DNA of 39,458 nucleotides from Eubacteriales bacterium (GTDB lineage Bacteria; Bacillota; Clostridia; Oscillospirales; CAG-272): NCBI GenBank assembly GCA_045596205.1, contig JAZOBX010000337.1, positions 1 to 39,458 of the forward strand, read 5' to 3'. Shown piece by piece: positions 18,601 to 24,088 of this stretch (position 1 is its first letter; each line of letters starts with the position of its first letter). The notes under the pieces were generated by a model. It saw only the letters and a program-made list of their open reading frames with translations, ran no database searches and was not told where the DNA came from. The position numbers and the translations under genes were made by a program.

Positions 18601-18790
18601 CTCTATCCTGATCATCGTCGACGCCATACTTGGGATTTTTGCGCCCTCCAAAACCATTTCCCAGGTCTGTACCACCCTGGCAGTGGGCGTGCTGGTTGCC
18701 GTTTTGCTGATTTTGTTTTTACTCCCGGGCTTGGTGGTTTGTTGCGACAAATTCATCCATCGGCAGAAACATTCATCTCCCTCGCCATGA
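15647..18790 (+). CDS. MMPL/RND-superfamily transporter with a large repeat-containing insert
   Basis: Two 5-6-TM bundles with MMPL-type motifs (LSMDYSLMLMSRYRQEK; GATIDYGIVFCNAYRE). A ~500-aa soluble region between them contains five tandem repeats of about 80 aa (nt ~16894-18095). Confidence 0.8.
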   Translation: MKKIVSVLIDRRYIVLAVMLVIATLCGALVFAVPVNLDRSKYLADDSNMKEGMSIMDSAFPELEEKSSIRVMFSDLTAEQTADVLARLKAIPNVSSVTYDAESEDYNKVNRTLFVVNTKFEYFTDEEKAIENAIEKGFPEYEMTYKNNDLPATEVPIWLLASAVGMAVIILLFLCESWLEPFIYLLTLGIGVVINFGTNIVLPYIDEMTLTIGPILQLVLSMDYSLMLMSRYRQEKAHCQSKTDAMKAALAGSVSSIASSAFTTVVGLLSLVFLSFKLGPELGIVLAKGVVVGMLCVFTLLPTFILMADKWLEKTAKKALHVKIDGLAKYSYKARRFMPLVFVLLLVGSFILQSFTAITFTEKIDDPLAEVFPKDNTLALIYSTADEAKIDEIILALEQDGRVKSVLGYTNTLGKEMNAGEMSRALAALGGDLPLDETLLRMLYYLEAGGVAPTVTAGELFSFLLEKVIPNPQLSGYLDQSVLENAAYLGKFTSKELLTREISSSEMAEFLGAEQEGLEQLYLYYFMQNGVENSGEMTVSAFVDFLLNTVAKDELYGTMLDAEVQKNLTRLEIFTKTENLETQYTAADLASLLGESETLVRTVFFLNGLKQTMSPEEFVSAVLSNVLFTGTMDKETLAQLQTLQKVIDATNHKASLNSAEMAAILGIEQAQAEQLYVLRLYHTAPSEWKLSPHRFISFVATKVLGDPAFVEMIDQKTAADLQTAHTLTSAVLSDKAYTKEEMTALLSSFTEGVSAEQTEVLYLLYGGSQISDGSTMTVVSLFDFISDSFLQDPRFADLLDEQAKAEISAGKAKLSDAIAQLKGDTYSRLVITSDYPDESPETLTFVTNLGALCESRLDTYYLVGNSAMVSEIEETFRQEYLMITLITALSVFVVVLFAFRRPILPLLLTLVVQCGVFITVTALGIYSGSIFYLALLVVQSILMGATIDYGIVFCNAYRESRPHTDAFGALRKAYESSMHTVLASGSILIIVDAILGIFAPSKTISQVCTTLAVGVLVAVLLILFLLPGLVVCCDKFIHRQKHSSPSP

Positions 18791-18893
18791 AAACGGATTT
18801 TCTCTTGCAAGGTCGGCTTCCGCAGAGGCGCAAAAGCTTTGCCCTTGCCTGCGTCACTCTTTGATCCCACAAAATACGAATTCCCAAAAAACC

Positions 18894-18928
18894 GCTGTCG
18901 CAAGTGTAAATTTGCGACAGCTTTTTTG
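18894..18928 (+). terminator. Terminator of the MMPL gene
   Basis: gctgtcgcaa (18894-18903) / ttgcgacagc (18912-18921), 10 bp, followed by TTTTTTG. Confidence 0.8.
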
Positions 18929-18966
18929 CATTAATAAATAAATATAAATATATTTTCCAAAAGATA

Positions 18967-18995
18967 TTGACATATTGTTAACAAGGGTCTATAAT
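18967..18995 (+). promoter_or_regulatory. Consensus sigma-A promoter of the SipW-fibre cluster, with a palindrome in the spacer
   Basis: TTGACA (18967-18972), exactly 17 nt, then TATAAT (18990-18995). The perfect 10-bp palindrome TTGTTAACAA (18975-18984) sits in the spacer. Confidence 0.7.
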
Positions 18996-19011
18996 GGGCT
19001 TATGGTTGACA

Positions 19012-19101
19012 GCTTTTGGGCCAAAAAATGAGGCAACGGTTTCCCAAAAATGAGAACGTGGGAGGCCGTTCTTCGCATTTTGCTCTCCTGCGCCCAAAAG
19101 C
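19012..19101 (+). promoter_or_regulatory. Structured 5' leader domain upstream of the cluster (candidate cis-regulatory RNA)
   Basis: A perfect 10-bp closing helix gcttttgggc (19012-19021) / gcccaaaagc (19092-19101) encloses an 11-bp hairpin aacggtttccc (19035-19045) / gggaggccgtt (19060-19070, two G-U pairs). The competing hairpin gaacg/cgttc reuses the same 3' strand. Direct repeats CCAAAAAATGAG (19021-19032) and CCCAAAAATGAG (19043-19054) are present. GGTTTTTG follows the closing helix. Confidence 0.3.
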
Positions 19102-19148
19102 GGTTTTTGCCAAAGGATCTGAAAAAATTTACATAAAGGAGAAATACT

Positions 19149-19967
19149 ATGGAAATGATGCTGCAAACCGTGATTATCGTGTTTATGCTCTTCCTTTGTT
19201 CTCTTTGCCTGTTCGCCGTTTTGGTGATCGCAAGAGATATGGTGGCAGAAAGCATGGGAAAGCGTAAAAGCGCTTTTTCCGCAGATGACCCCCAACAAAA
19301 AGAGCAAATTATCAAGGAAGTAACGGTGATCAAGGAAGTGCCCGTGGAAAAGGAAGTGCGTGTGGAAGTCCCCGTAGCACCTCCCATGCCCGAACCCGTA
19401 CCCGTGGTTGCCGCTCCCGTGGTCGTAGAAGAGCCTGCCCCTGCGGTGGAAGAGCCCGTTGAGGTAGAAGAAGTTGAAACGGTGGAAGAAGTGGAAGAGG
19501 AAGACCCCAATGCGGTGAAATTCTCCACCACTCAACACACCATGGACACCAAATACGCTATGCTCTCCAAGGAACACAAGAGCTTTTTTGACGCCATCGC
19601 CAAACACGCCCTGTCCAAGGAAGGTGCAAAAGCCAACCTGTCCAAAAACTATCACGATTACAAAATCGGTGCCTCCCGCCTGGTCAGAATGTCCATCAAG
19701 CGCGGTGAGATCGTATGCGAATTCGTGTTTATCGACCGTGATTTCAAGGATTACGCCAGCCGTGCGGATCTGAAGATCAAAGCGTCTGCCACCACCATTC
19801 GCGTTACCGAGCCCTCTGCCGTAGGCGTTGCCAAAGACGGTATTGATCTGGTATACAACCAAATTTTGGAAGAGAAGGAATACAAAAAGCAACTCGCCAG
19901 AGAAAAACGCAGAGCCAGACGCCAGGCCCAAAGCGAAAAGAAAGACGAGGTAGGTACAAATGTCTGA
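19149..19967 (+). CDS. Membrane-anchored protein with a Pro/Glu/Val-rich linker and an uncharacterised C-terminal domain (first gene of the cluster)
   Basis: RBS AAAGGAGAAATACT-ATG. There is one N-terminal TM segment with no preceding positive charge and KRK after it. The low-complexity linker reads EVPVEKEVRVEVPVAPPMPEPVPVVAAPVVVEEPAPAVEEPVEVEEVETVEEVEEE. It is followed by a ~130-aa domain and a basic tail (KKQLAREKRRARRQAQSEKK). The stop overlaps the next start (ATGTCTGA). Confidence 0.7.
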   Translation: MEMMLQTVIIVFMLFLCSLCLFAVLVIARDMVAESMGKRKSAFSADDPQQKEQIIKEVTVIKEVPVEKEVRVEVPVAPPMPEPVPVVAAPVVVEEPAPAVEEPVEVEEVETVEEVEEEDPNAVKFSTTQHTMDTKYAMLSKEHKSFFDAIAKHALSKEGAKANLSKNYHDYKIGASRLVRMSIKRGEIVCEFVFIDRDFKDYASRADLKIKASATTIRVTEPSAVGVAKDGIDLVYNQILEEKEYKKQLAREKRRARRQAQSEKKDEVGTNV

Positions 19968-20628
19968 CGCTGTCAAAACCAAATCTATCTTGGGCGAAAC
20001 CAAGGGCGAAAAAGCGATTAGCATTACCGCAATCGTTGTGTCTTTGCTCCTGATTCCTATCCTGATTCTGAACATGGTTCTGATTTTGAAAAACGCGATC
20101 AACCCAGACAAAGTGCCTTCCATTGGTAAAATGACCCCTTTGATTGTCCTCACCGAGTCCATGGAACCCAAAATTAAGGACGGTGACCTGATCGTAACCA
20201 AGATCACCGCCACCGAGGATATTGGAGAAGACGATGTTATCGCATTTTTTGACCCCGCCAGCAAAAACAACAGCGTGGTGACCCACCGCGTCGTCGGCAA
20301 ATACACCGAGGGCGGAAAAGTCTACTTTGAAACCCAAGGTGACAACAACGATATTGCCGACAAATATGACGTTCCCGCCGACAAGGTCATTGGCGTATGG
20401 CACGGTTTCAGACTGCCGCTGCTGGGTCACGTGATGCTGTTCATGCAATCCACATGGGGGCTCATCGTCTGCATCGCCCTTCCCGTTTCTTTGTTTGTCG
20501 TTTTGGAAGTTCTCCACAGACGCAAAACGGATAAAGAAAGTAAAGATGACATTGATGCCCTGAAAGCTGAGCTGGAAGCATTAAAGCAAAAACAGGCAGA
20601 AAGCCAGAATACCCCCGATGGCGAGTAA
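19960..20628 (+). CDS. sipW: Signal peptidase I, archaeal/ER type (S26B, SipW-like), copy 1
   Basis: N-terminal TM, then LTESMEP (Ser codon 20158-20160), DGDLIV, VVTHRVVG (His of the Ser-His dyad; no Lys box) and TQGDNN. A second TM is followed by a charged coiled-coil-like tail (DIDALKAELEALKQKQAE). Confidence 0.8.
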   Translation: MSDAVKTKSILGETKGEKAISITAIVVSLLLIPILILNMVLILKNAINPDKVPSIGKMTPLIVLTESMEPKIKDGDLIVTKITATEDIGEDDVIAFFDPASKNNSVVTHRVVGKYTEGGKVYFETQGDNNDIADKYDVPADKVIGVWHGFRLPLLGHVMLFMQSTWGLIVCIALPVSLFVVLEVLHRRKTDKESKDDIDALKAELEALKQKQAESQNTPDGE

Positions 20629-20708
20629 CTCGCCCCACTCTTTTTGGACCCCACCGAGAGGTTAATATAGAAAATAAAAACAAAAAACAAAAAAGGAGAA
20701 ACCCCATC

Positions 20709-21410
20709 ATGAAAATCATGAAAAACAAGTTCTTCAAAATCGCATCCCTTATGATCATGCTGTGCCTGATCAGCACCTGTGCCATCGGCACTACCTTTGC
20801 GAAATACGTAACAGGCGATACCGCTACCGACTCCGCAAGAGTGGCTAAGTGGGGCGTGAGACTGGAAATGCAAGGAGACGACCTGTTCCGCAACGAATAC
20901 GCTACCGATGACAGCGCTTATGCAGGCTCTCTGAGCGTAAAATCCAGCAGCACCAGCGAAGACGTTGTTGCTCCCGGCACCAAAGGCTCTACCGTGTTCT
21001 CTATCAAAGGCACTCCCGAAGTAGCCGCTAACATCAAAATCGAATTTGACGGTGTAAAAGATATCGTTCTTCCCGCAGGTAACGCAGGTCTGACCGAAGA
21101 CTATCATCCTCTGGTATTCACTCTGAAACAAACCCACGACTACCAAGGCGAAATGGCTACTCCTACAGTTCTCTTCTCCGGCACTCTTGCGCAAATCGAA
21201 GCCGCTCTGGCAAACTTCAGCGCAAACTACGCTCCCAATACCATTTTGGATTCCACCTACGAACTGTCTTGGGAATGGGCATTTGAAAATGCAGGCAAAG
21301 ATGCAGCAGATACTCTGCTGGGCGACATCATCGCAGGCGAAGCTACCGTTGCAGGCGCTGTGACCGAAGTAGAATACGACCTCTCCATCACCGTTACCCA
21401 AATCGACTAA
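20709..21410 (+). CDS. Secreted SipW-cognate-type protein, candidate major fibre subunit (paralogue 1, 233 aa)
   Basis: RBS AAAGGAGAAACCCCATC-ATG. Signal MKIMKNKFFKIASLMIMLCLISTCAIGTTFA followed by KYVTGD...VAKWGV. Shared family motifs: VAPGTKGS, LSWEWAF, DTLLGD and the C-terminal strand LSITVTQID. Confidence 0.75.
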   Translation: MKIMKNKFFKIASLMIMLCLISTCAIGTTFAKYVTGDTATDSARVAKWGVRLEMQGDDLFRNEYATDDSAYAGSLSVKSSSTSEDVVAPGTKGSTVFSIKGTPEVAANIKIEFDGVKDIVLPAGNAGLTEDYHPLVFTLKQTHDYQGEMATPTVLFSGTLAQIEAALANFSANYAPNTILDSTYELSWEWAFENAGKDAADTLLGDIIAGEATVAGAVTEVEYDLSITVTQID

Positions 21411-21486
21411 TTTGGTTTTATTCCGCTCTACGTACATACTTGACTGACGTTTCATTCGCCTGAAAAAGGCGGAAAGGGGGTGCAAA

Positions 21487-22350
21487 ATGCCTGATTCATT
21501 TGTGGATATGCCACGGGAAACAAGAAGACAAAGCAGAAAAGCATGGGTGTGGATCATGCTGATGGTCAACATCGTATTTTTGCTGTTGCTCATGACGCTT
21601 GGCATTATTGCACTTCGCGCAGGGAACTACCTTCCCGAAACGGATATCGTATTTATTGTAGGGAAAAAGACCGACGTGGCTGTCGGCGACGGCGAAAAGC
21701 CCCGCTGGGAAGCCAACGAAGAAATTACCGTTTTTGAAACCCGTTACGCCAACGGAGATAACCGCATTACCGTGGAATCTTCTGATGGCGAAGCACTCAT
21801 CGCTCCGGGGACCAATATGGAGTACCAATTCACCATGTGTAACAACAGTAATGTGGCAGTCCTGTATGAGATTGACCTGGATATGCTGGTGAAGCTGGGC
21901 GGCGAGGCGCAGGGAAAAGAGCTGGAAGAAGCCCTGCCACTTCAGGTGAGACTCACCACAGGCAGCGGCGAATATCTGATTGGTGAAAAAGACCGTTTTG
22001 TCAGACTTTCCGATGCCCTTGTGGTGAAAAAGAGATTGGTGCTGGGGGCAGAGTCCTTCGACACCTTCACGCTGGAGCTGGCGTGGGCATATGAAGGGGA
22101 TGACCAAAACGATACCCATCTGGGTGACCTTTCGGCAGAAAAAAACTTGACTCTTTCCCTGGATATAGATACCTTTGCCGAAGAACACCCCGACCCCGAG
22201 GCTGTGGGCGGTGTGAAAATCGACGCCAAGAAGGAAACCGAAATCGGCGGCAGTATCCGCTGGGTGTGGATGCTCCTGCTGATGATCAACACCGCGGTGA
22301 TGATCTTCTACGTGTCCTTCCTCATGAACAAACGGCTCCAAAAATGGTAA
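21487..22350 (+). CDS. Paralogue with transmembrane segments at both ends (candidate membrane anchor/base of the fibre)
   Basis: RBS GGGGGTG. Basic N-region RETRRQSRK plus a TM (WVWIMLMVNIVFLLLLMTLGIIAL). The central domain carries the family motifs IAPGTNMEY, LELAWAYEGDDQNDTHLGDL and LTLSLDID. There is a C-terminal TM (IRWVWMLLLMINTAVMIFYVSFLM) with a basic tail NKRLQKW. Confidence 0.7.
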   Translation: MPDSFVDMPRETRRQSRKAWVWIMLMVNIVFLLLLMTLGIIALRAGNYLPETDIVFIVGKKTDVAVGDGEKPRWEANEEITVFETRYANGDNRITVESSDGEALIAPGTNMEYQFTMCNNSNVAVLYEIDLDMLVKLGGEAQGKELEEALPLQVRLTTGSGEYLIGEKDRFVRLSDALVVKKRLVLGAESFDTFTLELAWAYEGDDQNDTHLGDLSAEKNLTLSLDIDTFAEEHPDPEAVGGVKIDAKKETEIGGSIRWVWMLLLMINTAVMIFYVSFLMNKRLQKW

Positions 22351-22384
22351 TCCACTACTCACTGAGAAAAATCAGAGGTTTAAC

Positions 22385-23155
22385 ATGAAAATTTTGAAAA
22401 ACAAAAAACTGATCACCGTACTTGCCATGTTGCTTATGGTGGCCACCGTTGTGGGCATGGGTACGATGACCTATTCCAGATACGTGACCTCCAAAGGCAT
22501 GGATGCTCCCGAAAGCGCAACTGCTGCAAAATGGGGCTATGTGCTTGAATTTGACACCAGCAACCTTTTTGGCCAAGCATACGAAAACGAAGTAGTGGTG
22601 GCCACCTCCAATGACGCTTCCCTGGATGTTAAATACAGCGGAAACGATGACGCCAAAATCATCGCTCCCGGCACCAGTGGTTCTCTTGTCATTAAAGTGA
22701 GCGGCGTGGCAGAAGTTTTGGCAAAATTCAGCATCGCGGCAGAAGCCACCGACGTGACCCTTTATTTGGACGGTGAGGCCAATCCCTATCGCCCCATTCA
22801 ATGGAGCTTGAAAACCAAGGTTGGCTCTACTGAAACTCCTGTTGACATTGGCGGCACTTCTTTGGAAAAACTTTTGGCAGCGTTGCCCTCTCAAAATTTG
22901 ACCGTTCCCGCAGGTAGTGAAATCCCAGAAACCGAATACATCATCTCCTGGTCTTGGGCTATCGGTTCCGAAACCTTAAATGACCCCAACAACCAGAAAG
23001 ATACTGCTATCGGTATGTTGGCAAAGGGCTACACTATCGCTGAAATTGAAGCGGCTACCGGTTTGAACCTGGATGATGCAAAATCAAGCCAGAACGTACT
23101 GGGCATTTCTTTGGATGTCACAGCCACTGTAATGCAGGTTCAAGCCGACGACTAA
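22385..23155 (+). CDS. Secreted SipW-cognate-type protein (paralogue 2, 256 aa)
   Basis: Signal MKILKNKKLITVLAMLLMVATVVGMGTMTYS followed by RYVTSK...AAKWGY. Family motifs: IAPGTSGS, ISWSWAI, DTAIGM and the C-terminal strand VTATVMQVQADD. Confidence 0.75.
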   Translation: MKILKNKKLITVLAMLLMVATVVGMGTMTYSRYVTSKGMDAPESATAAKWGYVLEFDTSNLFGQAYENEVVVATSNDASLDVKYSGNDDAKIIAPGTSGSLVIKVSGVAEVLAKFSIAAEATDVTLYLDGEANPYRPIQWSLKTKVGSTETPVDIGGTSLEKLLAALPSQNLTVPAGSEIPETEYIISWSWAIGSETLNDPNNQKDTAIGMLAKGYTIAEIEAATGLNLDDAKSSQNVLGISLDVTATVMQVQADD

Positions 23156-23189
23156 TCTTTACCGTTTCTGCCAATGGCAGAAACAAGCG

Positions 23190-23227
23190 AAAATCTCCCT
23201 CTCTATGATAAAAGGGAGGGAGATTTT
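23190..23227 (+). terminator. Possible internal (partial) terminator after paralogue 2
   Basis: aaaatctccctc (23190-23201) / gagggagatttt (23216-23227). The GC-rich 8-bp core is followed by only TTTT. It is preceded by a second hairpin at 23164-23184 (gtttctgcc/ggcagaaac). Confidence 0.4.
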
Positions 23228-23357
23228 CAAAACAAATGATAAATAGATAATACGTTTGTTTTTTTCTGCGAGAGGCAAAAAGCGAAAGCTCTTTTGCCAC
23301 CGGCAAAAGGAAACAAAACTCCGCTTATATATAATGATGAATGAAAGGAGCAAAGGA

Positions 23358-23990
23358 ATGTCCACCGCCAAAAAAATATTTCGCATCGCTAAAAAAACTG
23401 CCTGGGGTATTTTCCTTGGATTTTTTGGTTTAGTTGCAGTGGTGGCTCTTTGGCTTACCATTGAAAAATTCATTATGAAATCGCCCGTTCCCTCAATATT
23501 TGGATTTTCAACGTTGACCGTTGAAACAGGAAGTATGCAAAGCATACTGGAGGAAGAGTCAATCGACCCGGGTGATATGATCCTTATTCGCCGACAAAAT
23601 GAATACAAAGTGGGAGAAGTGATTACTTTTCTCCACGAGGGAGATAAAATTCCCACCACTCACCGCATTATTGGTATGCATGAAGACGGTGGTTTTAAAA
23701 CCAAGGGAGATGCCAACAACACTTCCGATCCCGAGGGCGTTTCCGAAGATATTATTTTGGGGAAAGTGATATATAAATTTAAAGGCGCAGGTGTGTTTGC
23801 CACTTGGGTGCGCACGGAAGGTTGGATCTACATCACCGCTTGTTTTGCCATTTTAGGACTGGGGCTATTTATCCTGTCTTCCGATGAAGACGAGGATGAA
23901 CCCGAAAAAGATACAGAAACTGCTGAAAGCGAAGGCGTCTCTGACAGCAGCGAAGCAGACCAAAACCAAGACCCAAATACAGAAAACTAA
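23358..23990 (+). CDS. sipW: Signal peptidase I, archaeal/ER type (S26B, SipW-like), copy 2, divergent
   Basis: The start is moved to ATG 23358 (RBS AAAGGAGCAAAGGA-ATG). TM, then VETGSMQS (Ser codon 23532-23534) with an insertion before DPGDMILI, then TTHRIIG and TKGDANN. A second TM is followed by a strongly acidic tail (SDEDEDEPEKDTETAESEGVSDSSEAD). Confidence 0.75.
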   Translation: MSTAKKIFRIAKKTAWGIFLGFFGLVAVVALWLTIEKFIMKSPVPSIFGFSTLTVETGSMQSILEEESIDPGDMILIRRQNEYKVGEVITFLHEGDKIPTTHRIIGMHEDGGFKTKGDANNTSDPEGVSEDIILGKVIYKFKGAGVFATWVRTEGWIYITACFAILGLGLFILSSDEDEDEPEKDTETAESEGVSDSSEADQNQDPNTEN

Positions 23991-24088
23991 AAACTAAAAA
24001 TGAACGAAATTTTCAAAACCCCTCCCCAAAAGTAGGGAAAAGAATAGCAAATCAGCTTTTAAAACCGCAAAGAAAGGAGACGAAGACC

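Noticed and set aside
18996..19148. c-di-GMP (GEMM-I/II) riboswitch in the cluster leader
   Set aside because: I could not find the conserved GEMM-I features (GNRA tetraloop/receptor pair, ..GGGACGCAAAGCC..) or a class II pseudoknot by eye. It is reported only as an unclassified structured leader, and an Infernal scan would be needed.
18978..21605. 442-aa and 392-aa minus-strand ORFs across the promoter and the first cluster genes
   Set aside because: They run antisense through a consensus promoter, a leader and three plus-strand genes with clear motifs (the SMEP/THR/GDNN peptidase). They have no RBS and no recognisable domains.
23330..23335. Internal promoter for the second half of the cluster (TATAAT at 23330-23335)
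   Set aside because: There is no acceptable -35 at 16-18 nt; the nearest TTGCCA is 30 nt away. It may still be functional but is not supportable from sequence alone.
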